From the NCBI GenBank assembly GCA_964016885.1, contig OZ024742.1, positions 175,522,001 to 175,586,000 on the forward strand: a DNA stretch of 64,000 nt, given 5' to 3'. Positions 39,741-52,785 of this stretch are shown here, one piece after another (within the stretch, counting starts at the first letter, position 1; each line of letters begins with the position of its first letter). Below the pieces are notes generated by a model. The model was not told the origin of the DNA and did no database searches. It saw only the letters and a program-made list of their open reading frames with translations. The position numbers were made by a program, and so were the translations under genes. The DNA comes from Eledone cirrhosa (Eukaryota).

Positions 39741-41719
39741 AATACAACATAAGTGGAGCGAGGAAATGAAGATGACAATGAACTTTGTTGAGAAACTTTA
39801 AATCCCCAAGATAAATTAGCACAACAATAACATATATTATCAGTATAGTGCTTGATAACTTGGGGCTGTGTAACAGTGATGCACTGAGATTCATGCTGTG
39901 TTCTTTGGTTCAGACTACAATAGTATGTGGAATATAATCAGCATTATCAAGGCACATATTTTCAGATTTTGAAACATTTTCTCTTTTAACTTACATCTAC
40001 ACCCAATTTTAAATTCAATAAACTAAAGCATTCACAGAAATTGTTGTTCATAATTCTATTTTCTCTATGATATGCAATTTCAAATTTCATTATCGATTAT
40101 ATTTTGCTCTTGTAATTATAGACAGGAATGGCAGTGTGGTTAACAAGGTCATGTTGCATCTCTGTGGTTTCAAGTTCAGGCCCAGATTGGGATATCAATT
40201 TAGACATGGCCTGGGTTAATACTGACTGAAACCTATCAAAATTAAGTTTTATCAATCATGTCTGACCTGGAGGAAAACAACAACATACTATATTATTGAG
40301 TCATATTTTGCATTTGTTTTTTTTCTTTTGTTCAACTATCATTTGGAAGAAATTCATCATCATCATTACATGTCTGTTTTTCTATGCATGAACAGGTTAG
40401 ATAGGTCGTCTTCAGAACAGCTTGCCTTCACTTGTTGTGTTCCTTCAGAATTTCTTCTGTGAGGTTGAGTGTTCTGAGCTCAAACCTGTCACCTTCCACC
40501 ATTCCTCAATCTTCCTTTTCTGCAGCTTCCTTCCACTAGGATCACTTGGCTCTCCTTTACTCAAATATCAGTATCCTCATCCATCAGGTGTCTAGATGCA
40601 CTGTTTAGTTAGAGACATTTACATTGTGGATCCATAACTAACTAGGTTTGATCTGTACTTTTCCCTTGCTTCAATAACATAACTACCAGTTGAATATTGG
40701 GGATCAATCTAAACAATCATATCCTTCTCCAAATGTTGATGTTGTGTGTCTGTCTGTTACAAATCAATATTTAACATCAATGCAAATTCTGAACATGGGG
40801 TACACGCCACATGGAAAGTGACAAGAGACAATTAGAATATTTTGAGGAACAATTTTTATAAATCTCATATTGAATCTTTTTAACATCAAACAACAAATGT
40901 TTCAAGGCTTTTTTCTTTGCTAATGTAAGGGTTAGCCTTGCAGACCTCATAAAACCAAACATGTCTTTATGTTGAAGGTGAGCATCCCATATTCTAGCTA
41001 TAATATTGAACAGAACAACATACATCTTAAATAGTGAGTGAAGAGTTAATTTAACTCTTAACATCCTGTAGTGATGTACCAGAAAATATCTAAAAGTGGG
41101 TTTGTTAATTCAAATGATTATTTTCTAAATAATAATTTATTCTGTACTAGACACACAGCTGCTGAGAGAGACTCAATACAAACCAAAAGCACATTCTCCA
41201 GGAGATATACAAGCCATTATCTCTTAACTTCCTGTAATGACTTTGCAAAAATATCTTTAGAATGGATTTGTTAATTCAAATATTTATATCTTTACTAATG
41301 GATATATTGTTGTGAACATTTGCAGTAGACTAAAATAAAGACAATAATTTTTTCATGTGATGCAGTCCATAGTGCTGTTTGTTGTTTTGTAATTTCTAAG
41401 AATGTCTTGCTAATGTGGTCTCATTCGGTAAAGGATGTTAAGAGTTAATACATTTGTGTTCAAATAGAGGAATACATTTTAAACTGAGTGATAAACTACC
41501 TGCATCAGTTGTTAGCTGTCAGGATACTGCATCCTTCAAAACATCCATGCTTCCTGAAATTCACCAACACTACACCTGATATTACACTTCCATACACACG
41601 CTCACTTTCTTGACATTTGTACATTATTCTATGTACTATACATGCACATTTGATGATGAGTTGTAGTGCACCTGAGCACTGTACACAATAATTTTCATTA
41701 TTATTATTATTATTATTAA

Positions 41720-42150
41720 AGGATGTGGTTTGGTAGTATCGGTAGAGTATAAAACACCATGCTTTGCAGTGTAGAGTTATAGCCCTTTACATTCTGAGTT
41801 CAAATCCGCTGAGGTTAACTTTGCCTTTCATCTTTACGGGGCTGATAAAATAAAGTACCAGTCACGCACTGGGGTCGATTTAATCGACTTTCCCCTCCCC
41901 CAAAATTGCTGGCCTTGTGCCTATATAAAAGCCATTATTATTAAGGGCTGTGGTTTGGTAGTATTGGTAGAGTATCAGCCACTATGCTTTGCAGCATAGA
42001 GTTATAGCTCTTTACATTCTGAGTTCAAATCTGCTGAGGTTAACTTTGCCTCTCATCCTTAAGGGGGTCGATAAAATAAAGCACCAGTAACACACTGGGG
42101 TAATTGCTGGCCTTGTGCCAAAAGTAGAAACATTATTATTATTATTATTA
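41720..42150 (+). mobile_element. Two head-to-tail SINE family A copies
   Basis: Copies 41720-41943 and 41945-42150, each with B box GAGTTCAAATC and separated by (ATT)n. Confidence 0.85.
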
Positions 42151-44126
42151 AAAGTGGTAAAAGTGTTGGATTCAAGATTATGGTCCATGTGACACATTGT
42201 GTTCTTAAGCAAAATGCTTCATTTCACATTGTTTTTCTTGTACATGGCTCCCTATCATTTGGAATACCCCCAAAAACCTCCCATAAAATGCAACTTTGTA
42301 GGATGCTAGCTAAACCTACATAGGTGTGATCTGTAACAACAACATGATGGAACAACTATCATTAACACTCCTATGAGATACAACCTTAAAACTGGAAATT
42401 TCATTTAACAGGTTACTTCTTTCACCTTAAAAATAATTTTTAAAAATTGATTGTTAGATCGGACTAAGGCAATGATACTTCCATTGATCTTTCCATCGCT
42501 TATATTATCTGCTGGTTTTGCAACTCCTGGAAGAAGTACCAATGCTTTTCACAGGGTGAGAGCATACCAGATTTGAACTCGGAACATCCAGAAATGGAAT
42601 AAATATTGCAAATTTGTTTCTTTAACAATTCTGCTAAACGAGTACCTCTTAACTCATTCTTTATATATCAACCCTGAAAGGATGAATGACACATTTGGCT
42701 TTGCTTGGATTTGATCTCAGAGTGCAGAGTGCCAGAACAAATACTACAGATTTTAATCTGATGCTCTAGCAATTCTGTCAATTTGCTGCCTTTAAAAAAA
42801 ATGAATTATCTAAAGCATTCTAAAATGATCATAAGCAAGGTGAACCTAATAAACGGTTGATGTCTATAATTGTCCACAGATTTCACTGAATCTATGATTA
42901 TATGAATACCATTGCTGAAGTAATTGTTCACATTTACACAGCTTCAGACATTTGTCGGAAGTTTGTTATCAGAAAGTTTTGCTTTTATTATTGTTGTATT
43001 TCCTTTTATAGCCCTCCCTCATCAGAAGAGGGCTCCTCTAGATCAGCAAGAAAAACTTCCAATGCAATGAGATTGATAAGAAATATAGAACTACACCTAT
43101 ATTATCACAGCTCCTAGAAGCCACAGATATTGAAATAAAAAGTATAAAATATCAGCTAATTTTATCCATAAAGAAAAATGTGGGCAGATAATTACTCTCA
43201 GCAGACGTAGTCATTTCTTAATTCAATACCACATAACTATAAAAACAATTTCTTAGCTCAGTTAGTACACATTAGATGGAATTACCAATTACCAACAACA
43301 CACTGTTATTATCATCACTAGATTTTGGTTTTCTGTTACGTAAATATTTTAAATGAAATTACACTTAAGTAACAACTATATTTACAATCAGTAGTTAAGA
43401 AGGAAGCATAGAATGATTAGTTGCTTTGGAAAATAACAAAACTTTGTAGAAAACTTTCAATGATATATCTACTTTTAAATCTATTTTTCTTTTATCTAGC
43501 TTCCTTCAGTTTTATCTACATCTGAGAGGAAAAGAAAAAGAAAGAGAGAGAGAAAGAACAACAAGGAGAGAGAAATAGCAACAAAGCGAGAGAGGGAGAT
43601 AGAAAGAGCAGAGAAAGCATGACAAAGAGATAGAGGGAAAGAGAAAGAAAGAGAGACAAAGAGCGATAGAGAGAGGGAGGGGATGGCTTAAACACACCAA
43701 GAGGACATGGAAAATGCTTTAGTTGGCAGTTAAAAGAAATATACATATATAAATATTCATGTGCCACCAGAATATGTATTTGGATATATGTGTTATCAAC
43801 CTTTTTTTCTACAAACAAGTTCATAGAATTACAATGAATGATAAATATTTATACACACATCTACATAGAATTCAATGTACAAAATTTGGATAAGAGTATA
43901 TAAACCTATAAAAGATTGTTATACTTGGAGAAGACTCAGGACCAGATTTAGAACTTGGAGCTGTTCTGGTTTGATAGGCCCCACATATAACAACACACAT
44001 ACACGCACACACACACACATACTGCTATATATACAGATATGTGTGTCTAAAAGGTAAACAGAAATGACAAAGCAAATGACACAGTACAATGAAGAGATAT
44101 ATTAGTTTCTCCTTGTAGAAAAATGG

Positions 44127-44162
44127 TCTTAACATTTCGGATGCTAGTCCTTCATCAGAAAA
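44127..44162 (-). ncRNA. Decayed minimal hammerhead motif
   Basis: Reverse complement TTTT-CTGATGA-A-GGA-CTAGCA-TCC-GAAA-TGTT-AAGA. A second direct copy at 44777-44812 has GAAA changed to AAAA. Confidence 0.6.
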
Positions 44163-44947
44163 TAGAATGAAAAATTAAAGAAGAAATAGAAAGATAGATC
44201 AGAGTGAGCAGTTGAGAAAGGAAAACAAATTATTTGAGAAACATGTCTATTCAGGTCAGATATGTGTAAGCAGGAAGAGAGAAATAGTAGAGATTGAATA
44301 AAGAGAAAAAGATTTGAATTTCCTCAACTGCATCAGCCCACTATGGAAACAGGTGTTCATTTCAACTGAATATAGGAAATCCTCCATTATGAAGACCTTT
44401 GCTGTCTCAGAAGTACTGTGGTAGTCAGCAGAAGGCTCCTGATTGACCTAGCACAAGAACGTAATGATCAAAAGCTGCTTTGGTCAGTTGAGGCTACCAC
44501 CAACTACGAATACGGAAAAGCAAACCACACTATGAAGTAGCATTATCTTGTCTGATCTCTACTTCCTGTCCCTACAGTCAAAACATCTTAAGAATTTTCG
44601 ATTTGAATAAAGAGCTGAGGAGAGGAGGAAAACAGTTGTATGACTACCACCTATGTGTGTATGAGTGTGTGTGAATAATATATATATATATAAACAAACA
44701 GATAAACAGTAGAGATAAATGATACAATACAATAAAGTTATATATTAATTTAACACTCAATATAGTAGATGAAGAGCCTTAACATTTTGTATGTTAGTCC
44801 TTCATCAGAAAATAGACTGGGGATGAAAGAATAAAAAGAAAGATAGACAAATGTAACAAGAGGAAGAAATAGAAAAACATTTTTGGGAGAGAAAGCATAT
44901 GTGTATTTAGTCAGCTATTTTGGTAAAGTTCAGGTTAGTATATGTGA

Positions 44948-44983
<36 letters not shown>

Positions 44984-45579
44984 AAAGTAAGTCCATAGAA
45001 TCATTTGATAAAATATATAAAGTATTTCTCCTCCCAATCAGCATAATCAACCACATAAAAAAATGAATTAAATGAGGCTATAAGTTTAAAATGTACCTAT
45101 GAAGAAATAATAGATAAATAAATGATAGCTATTTTATCTGCGATCCACAGCCACAGAATATTTATCTAGTATTTCTAATAGCCCGTAGAAATTGACTAGA
45201 CATATAGCTAACCATACACAATTAGGTACAACATCAACGTTAGAAGAAACAATGTACATAAACATACGAAATTATGTTTCTACCCCCGGAGGTTTTATTC
45301 GCTTTTTGGAAATATATGATCATGGATAAATCAACGAGTTTCGAAATCATCAGGAAACAAACTCAATTGGACAAATATTTTTCTTAAATGATCCCCGCCA
45401 TAAACGAATTCAAAATTGCTAAGAATTGTCACATGGACAGTTGTCAAGTCAGAAAGCTTATGATTGGTGCCTGACGGCGGTAGGCTGGTTGCAACAAAGC
45501 GCAGCCGAATACTGCCTAAAGTTTTACTCAACCTTACGGGAGTATATAAAATATATTTATAAATATATATATATATATA

Positions 45580-45798
45580 TTAAGAATATTTTCGAAACAG
45601 CGAGTGGGTTAGAATTTATTCGAAATGTAAGCTATCGCCGTATTTTGACTGAAGAAATTAAAGTAATTATTTAGCCTGATAGTGGGGTTATATATATATA
45701 TATTTATTTATATATTTAATTTATAATAAATTGGAGTGAAAGCGCTTGGTGCGTGTGTTTCTTATTGGCAGCATGACCCTCCCAAAGTATAACAATAT
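45580..45798 (+). mobile_element. PLE 3'-end fragment without tail, same terminus as the 49580-50153 element
   Basis: gtgaaagcgcttggtgcgtgtgtttcttattggcagcatgaccctcccaaagtataacaatat followed by (TA)n. Confidence 0.7.
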
Positions 45799-45808
45799 AT
45801 ATATATAT

Positions 45809-45862
<54 letters not shown>

Positions 45863-45904
45863 GATATTAAACAAATGGAAACTATATTTATAAAACCATA
45901 TTTA

Positions 45905-45966
45905 TTTCATTATACATATTTCAGGGATACCCTATTAAAAATGTGGCATGCCTTGGTCAGATAAAA
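45905..45966 (-). ncRNA. Hammerhead motif with mutated core (CTGACCA)
   Basis: Inverted copy of 46534-46595; catalytic G8 changed to C, so probably inactive. Confidence 0.65.
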
Positions 45967-46533
45967 TACAATATATAAACAGTTTTATAAATAATTTTGA
46001 CGTACCATAATATAAGCGACCATTAAATTAGGAGGCTGCCTTGGTAGTGAAATGTTTATAATTATTTAGTTATAGTGTTAAGCACAGTTAGAAAAAAGAC
46101 GGAGAAAAAGAAGAAAGGAGGTAAAGAAAATCAGCGAGAGAGAGGGGAGAGAGAAAGAAGGAGGAGGTGAAAAAAGAGACGCAACCGTCTTTTCTCTAAC
46201 TGTGCTTAACACTATAACTAAATAATTACTGTACTCTCTCTATATATAGTACTCACTCTCTCTGGAATCTCTCTATTTGTATGGTGAATTATTATTATTT
46301 GTCTGTGGCTTTCGGTTGCCTCTCTTTTTTCCCCTCCTCCTTCTTTCTCTCTCCTCTCTCTCTCTCTGTTTTTCTTTAAATCCTTTCTTCTTTTTCTCCG
46401 TCTTTTTTCTAACTGTGCTTAACACTATAACTAAATAATTATAAACACTTCACTACCAAGGCAGCCTCCTAATTTAATGGTCGCTTATATTATGGTACGT
46501 CAAAATTATTTATAAAACTGTTTATATATTGTA

Positions 46534-46595
46534 TTTTATCTGACGAAGGCATGCCATATTTTTAATATGGTAACCCTGAAATATGTATAATGAAA
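46534..46595 (+). ncRNA. Type I hammerhead ribozyme
   Basis: TTTTAT-CTGACGA-AGG..TGCCATATT-TTT-AATATGGTA..CCT-GAAA-T-ATGT-ATA-ATGAAA. Confidence 0.85.
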
Positions 46596-46746
46596 TAAAT
46601 ATGGTTTTATAAATATAGTTTCCATTTGTGTAATATCGTATATCTACTCCAAAAACTTGTCGAGTGCTTTATATCAGTTATAAAATATTTACTTGTTGTA
46701 ACCCAACAATTTTAAATAAAACTTTTGCATATATATATATATATAT

Positions 46747-46803
<57 letters not shown>

Positions 46804-47048
46804 TTTTGCGAGGTTTTTGATATGAAATCGTGTGTCGAAACAAATATTGTTATACTTGGTGAGGGTCGTTTTTGTGTAATATTGCCAGAATTAATAACAG
46901 AACACACTCACTATTTGGTTGGTTTTCGCTTTCGCTTCTGTGTCTTTTATATCGGTAATCTAATGTATTCGGTCCTCAATGTTGCCATTGACTGACCAAC
47001 GGTCAAAAACACAGATACAATATAGACACAAACACATATATATAGTTT

Positions 47049-47090
47049 ATCAAAGTTCTTTCGTTGCACATCTGCAACATCGTCAGTGGT
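47049..47090 (-). ncRNA. Type I hammerhead ribozyme in PLE 3' UTR
   Basis: ACCA-CTGACGA-T-GTTGCA-GATG-TGCAAC-GAAA-G-AA-CTT-TGAT; perfect 6-bp stem II, weak stem I. Confidence 0.78.
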
Positions 47091-47396
47091 GCTATTGTTT
47101 CCTCCGGTTGCATTGTATTTTCTACGCCATCTTTATTTAGTCTGTTTATATATTTATTTTATTTTTTTTGTCTTCTTTGCGCATGCGTTTGCGTGTGTGT
47201 ATAGTGTTTTGTTTGATGTGTGTTCGTGATTGGGTGACTGTGTATTGGTTAATGTATTCTATCTTTACTAGTGTGTGCTTATATGTGTTTGTTGTTATTG
47301 TGCTTGTGCATGTATTTATTTATTTATCTATTTATTTATTTAGTTATACTTCCCTTAGGTCAGTGTTGTTTGTTTGGGTGTTGTTGTTATTCCATT

Positions 47397-49534
47397 AATT
47401 TTTTCTGTTTAGCCTTGGCCTTCTAAGTTCTATTTCACTGGCCTCTCTGATTTGCCTATCTGCTGGGTCATTTCTATGTTTAGATATTATTCTAATTTCT
47501 ATGTTGTCTATGTTACCGTCGTGTTGTTGTCTGGCATGTTCGTATAGTACTGAACCGTTTTCTCGTCCTTTTAGTTCCCCCAGTGTTGGTCTATCCTTTC
47601 ACCTATGCTACGAGCTGTCGCCTATGTTTGTTGTTGTCATGTTTCTGCAAGTACCCCCTGTACATCTTATGCTATAGACTACGTTTCTAGTTTTTCAGTT
47701 TATCCGGGGGTTTACCTTACATATTATACATTTCCTATTAGTACAGTGGGTTTTCTTAAAAGGGTAGGTTTTTGCTGGCTGATCAGGAATTCTATGGTGG
47801 TTCCTGGCTTTTCTACCACCTTAATCTTTAAGTGGGTCTTTCTCAGGGCCTTTCTACACTGGTTAGCTAATTTCCCACCAGGGGTAGTGTCCACAAACAT
47901 GACATTCTGGTATCTCTGGTTGTCGTACCATGAGGTGTCTTTCCCTATCTTATGTCTAGCCCTATCTAAGCTATTCCATGATTTGCTCCTGTATAATGGG
48001 CAAATTCATTTCATGTCCAGTTCTATGAGGGTCTTATACTTCTCCGTGGCTCATTCGTATACTCTGATTCTGTCTCTTTGGTTGTAGCCAGAGAACTGCA
48101 TGCGGTTGATGAAGTGTTGGATGTGTCTTTTCATTTCTGTTGGGTCGCACATGCGGGACACGTTCTTCATCACTCGTACCAAGTCTGCGATCAGAATATT
48201 AAACTTAGCACTACTGGACATTGCTGAGTTTTTGAGTATCAGGTATTTGGAGGCCATGGGTTTAGCATAGTGTGAGTGGTGAATTTGGGCTCTCTCGTCT
48301 ATAGTGTTAATCCAGAGTTCCATGTCTAATACAGGTAGTCTATTGTTAGGGTGTTTGGAAGGGTAGTCGATAGTTACAGTTATACTCTGGTGTATGGAAT
48401 TAGCTATCTGCTGGATGCTTTCCATTGTGCTACGTTCTAAATCAAACTTGTTAGTGCTCTCTTGTGGGGATGTTCTTATATCTATATTGATATCGTCTAC
48501 GTAACGAGAGTACATGATGAGGTCTATGGAGCTATCATTAAGGAGATCTTTAAGTCTCCTTTCCCACCATAACATAAAATGTTTGGCAACGTCACCAGCT
48601 ATGCTGACGCCAATGGATGCTCCCTCATTTTGGGTGTAGATCTTCTCGTTGAACTTGAATATGTGGCCCTTTGGGGTAGTTTTGATACTAGCCCGTATTG
48701 CATGTGCGATCATTTTTCTTACCTGATCATTGTTTGGGGGGGGTCCGTATAGCTTTGGTCCACCCAATCCACCTCCCCATGGGAGTCTTTTTAGCCATTG
48801 AGGTTATGGTGGGGAGTCTACCTCTTATGGGTCTACTGGGGTAGAAACGTCTAAAGTCATGGCTGTCTAGGTAGTCAGTGTCGTAGGTAAGTCTAAGTAG
48901 GAGGCCCAGTTCGTCTGTGTAGACGTCGCAGATCTCCACCTCACTCTCAATGATCATCTCCACACATTTTTCCACAGAAAAATCAATGTTAATGGATGGG
49001 TACAGTGATACCACATCCATGCTGCCTATTACGCAGTTGGATAGGTTCCTGTTTTTGTTGCACTCACTGATTCGTTGCACTCACTCCTTCTGCTGAGGAG
49101 GTCCTCTGTACTGTCACATACATCTGGGGACATCTTGATTATAGGGCGTATAACCATTGAGAGGACGTAAGAGATCCTGTAGTTGCTAGCTATATTTGCT
49201 CCGCATACAGGTCTTGTTGGTGGTCCTGTTGTCAGGTCGTCGACTGTCTTGTGGTCTTTGTGGATCCCATAGAAGGGTGGTATGCCATTGTTAGACGCCT
49301 GGAAGTTTTTGGCAGTGCGTCTGCCTGGCTTTAGGATGTCGGTCCACATCATCATGTGAGCGTTGAGGATTTTCTCTCTCCCATCATGTATTTGCTGTGC
49401 AATTTCACTCGTGTTGGTGATGTGGGTTCGCATAGCCTTGATGTAGTTCGGCATGTTATCTATTGACATCCTACCAGACTTATCCGTGGGTAGACATACT
49501 ACCTCACCATCCCTTGTGCGCTGCTTGAGGCTAA

Positions 49535-49537
<3 letters not shown>
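47397..49537 (-). pseudogene. Frameshifted PLE reverse transcriptase plus C-terminal GIY-YIG endonuclease
   Basis: PTDKSG, FYGIHKDHK, TRPVC, IGSMDVVSLYPSI, YTQNEGASIG, YSRYVDDI, LPVLDMEL. My translation of 47400-47690 gives RNVVYSIRC...TARSIGERIDQH...SVLYEHARQQH...RQIREASEI..RPRLNRK. Confidence 0.93.
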
Positions 49538-49586
<49 letters not shown>

Positions 49587-49733
49587 ATACTTTGGGAGGG
49601 TCATGTTGCCAATAAGAAACACACGCACCAGTTGCTTTCACTTCAATTTAATTTATTAAATATTTATAAATTTACAAATTTATAAATTTCTGGTTGGTTG
49701 GTTGGTTCCACAACCAGATAGTTGTTTATATAT

Positions 49734-49778
49734 AGTCATAGTTCTTTCGTCACACACTCTGTGACCTCTTCAGTGACT
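49734..49778 (-). ncRNA. Type I hammerhead ribozyme
   Basis: Reverse complement of 49893-49937. Confidence 0.83.
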
Positions 49779-49892
49779 GGGGATTTCGTTCTTCGTTTCT
49801 GTGTCTTTCCTTTCTTCTATCCTACGCCATTTTTCTGAAAATGGCGTAGGATAGAAGAAAGGAAAGACACAGAAACGAAGAACGAAATCCCC

Positions 49893-49937
49893 AGTCACTG
49901 AAGAGGTCACAGAGTGTGTGACGAAAGAACTATGACT
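49893..49937 (+). ncRNA. Type I hammerhead ribozyme
   Basis: AGTCA-CTGAAGA-G-GTCAC-AGAGTGT-GTGAC-GAAA-G-AA-CTA-TGACT; 5-bp stems I and II, CUA triplet. Confidence 0.85.
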
Positions 49938-50150
49938 ATATATATATAAACAACTATCTGGTTGTGGAACCAACCAACCAACCAGAAATTTATAAATTTG
50001 TAAATTTATAAATATTTAATAAATTAAATTGAAGTGAAAGCAACTGGTGCGTGTGTTTCTTATTGGCAACATGACCCTCCCAAAGTATAACAATATCGGT
50101 TTCAACACACGATTTCAGATAAAGAATCTTGCTAAACAAATTCAGAAACG

Positions 50151-50575
<425 letters not shown>

Positions 50576-50797
50576 TATATATATATATATATATCGTGGA
50601 GAAGCAAACCAGACTATGGAGCACTTCCTTTAATTCTTTTTGTTTCCCAAACCCTGCAGCTCAAAAGATCTTGCATACTTCAATGAAAATACAAACAGCT
50701 GTGTTAGGAGGTGGGAACTTGTTATATGACCATCTTGCTTGCTTCGAAGGAACAAGATTATAGTAAAACTATTTGTAGGTCATTATCTAGAACATAT

Positions 50798-50988
50798 TGG
50801 GTGGTGGATTGGCAGTATCGGTAGAGAGTCGGACGCCATGCTTTCCAGCATAGTTACGTCCCTTTACGATCTGAGTTCAAATCCCGCCGAGGTTGACTTT
50901 GCCTTTCATCCTTACGGGGTCGATAAAATAAAGTACCAGTAATGCACTGGGTAATTGCTAGCCTTGTGCCTAAAGTAGAAACAATTAT
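50798..50988 (+). mobile_element. tRNA-derived SINE, family A, young copy with target-site duplication
   Basis: CpGs retained; attatctagaacatattg occurs on both sides (50782-50799 and 50984-51001). Confidence 0.9.
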
Positions 50989-51879
50989 CTAGAACATATT
51001 GAGTTTATGGAAGACTGGTGTAATCATAATAAATAACAATAAATTGAGTTGAATGATGATTAGAGAACAATATAATAAAATGCCTTACTCATGGTACTAT
51101 TAGCTTAGTATCTATTCAGATATAAATATATATATTCTGCTTACTGTAGTCTATTGTATTTCAAAGGATCATGTGCAAAGGGAACAGATAAAATTGTTTC
51201 ATTCTCATATATAAGGCAAAGATAATACACTGTTCCTAATCCTATTTATTTGTGTATCATATTATTGATTATTTGATAGAAAAGTAAGAGCTGGGCAGCG
51301 TTAATTGTATGTTAAAGAAATGTATGTGAGGGGGGGGGGGGGACTCTGTTCCTAACTATGATTGGAATGAAATGTAGAAACACGAAAATGATAAGGACTT
51401 TACACAAGTAAGCCAAATGATAAGAACTTTACATGAATAAGTCAAATGATAAGAAATATAGTTTCTTTCTTTTTCTTCCAACCAATTTATATATTGAGCA
51501 AACTAATATTTTATTATTTTGCTGGTTTCAGCCATCAGATGGTGGTCATGCTGTGGCACTGCCTTGAAGGGATATAGTCAACAATATCGATCCCAATACC
51601 TTTTCAAATCTGGTATTTCTTTTATCAATCTCTTTTTTGTTGAAACACTATGATACCGGTCATAAACAAACATTAACTATAAACACAGGCTCAGGCAGAC
51701 ACATACATATATAATCTTGTACACTCATGTATATATAAAATCCAGCACACATAAACACATAAACATAATTCATATAATATGATTTTCAACAGAAATAAAT
51801 CACTAAATGAGTCTGAGAGAAGGTATGCACACTCAGTTATACAGTACAACATGGAACATTCTTGTTTCTTTCTAAAATG

Positions 51880-52230
51880 TCTTCAGGTAAGCCATGGCAA
51901 TATATAGGTGGTAGTGGGTTTCTCAGTCAAAAATTATAACAGGGATGTTGGTGTTACCTGTTCCCTTTTAAAAACTTGTGAGGCAAGCTAATAGATTCAT
52001 TCACTGAATTATCTCATGTAATATGGGTCCCTCAGTTACAAATTATAACAAAGACGTTGGTGTTTACCTCTAAAATATTTTGAGGCAGCCAAGATATTCA
52101 AGTGATTGTGGATCTCTCAGTTACGCACTATAATAGGGATGATGGCGGTGTTTCCCACTAAAAGGTTTTGAGGGAAGCCAAGACACTTGTGATAATGCTA
52201 CAGGTGATAGTGAGTCTAGGATACAGGAAG
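51880..52230 (-). repeat. Dispersed repeat with ~80-100-bp subunits, homologous to the left flank and unit of the 40-bp array
   Basis: Reverse complement ccatcatccctattatagtgcgtaactgagaga resembles the array unit; aatattttagaggtaaacaccaac resembles 10782-10806. Confidence 0.6.
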
Positions 52231-52494
52231 AGCCAAGCACTGTTGCACACATCAACTAATAATACCTTAGTGAGCCAAGCTGCCATCGATAATAAAAACC
52301 TAATTGTTATGTTTCAAACAGCAGATAAGTAATGAGAAAGTTTTGCTATATTACTAAATTATTACCTGCCAAATTCTTTATGTTCAGAACTATTTTAAAA
52401 TTATGGGCTGAGCCTTTCATTAGAAATATACAAAGATACATCTAAAATACCAAAATCTACCTAAGCTTATCTCAAAGGGTCAAATGAAAGTAAT

Positions 52495-52785
52495 ATACAA
52501 GTTGTTGGATCCTCAATGAGAGTTCCAGTTGTATGAAGAATGGAACAGCCAGCTTGTGACATTAAGAGGTAAGTGGCTGAGCATTCCACAGACACATGTA
52601 CACCTAACAAAGTTTGAAGAGGGTTGCCCTTTAAAATGCAAGTACATCACATTTTTACTGGATGAGTGGACTGGAACAATATGAGATAAAGTGTCATGTT
52701 GAAGGACAGCATTCGACTAGGTATCGAACCCAGGACCTTAAGATTGTGAGCCAAACACCCTAACCATTAAGTTATGTGCCTTCAC
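52495..52785 (-). mobile_element. Degenerate tRNA-SINE
   Basis: Reverse complement has aggcacataacttaatggttagggtgtttggc...gggttcgatacc head. Confidence 0.65.

Larger units (their letters stand above)
45859..46728. mobile_element. Non-coding inverted PLE-like insertion in (TA)n with HHR in each arm
   Basis: Arms 45859-46187 and 46313-46642; tail 46643-46728 with AATAAA; short extra inverted filler at 46186-46228. Confidence 0.88.
46801..49537 (-). mobile_element. 5'-truncated Penelope-like retroelement (RT, GIY-YIG, 3' UTR with HHR) between (TA)n tracts
   Basis: See ORF and HHR features; both ends abut TA tracts. Confidence 0.92.

Noticed and set aside
47397-49537. Selenoprotein-type TGA readthrough or an intact telomerase/retron-like RT gene
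   Set aside because: Disruptions include frameshifts and a small duplication (49056-49086), consistent with decay; C-terminal GIY-YIG and HHR identify it as a PLE.
50798-50890. Possible tRNA genes at A/B-box sequences (also 7214, 21439, 38142, 50311)
   Set aside because: No complete cloverleaf; they continue into SINE bodies or a hairpin.
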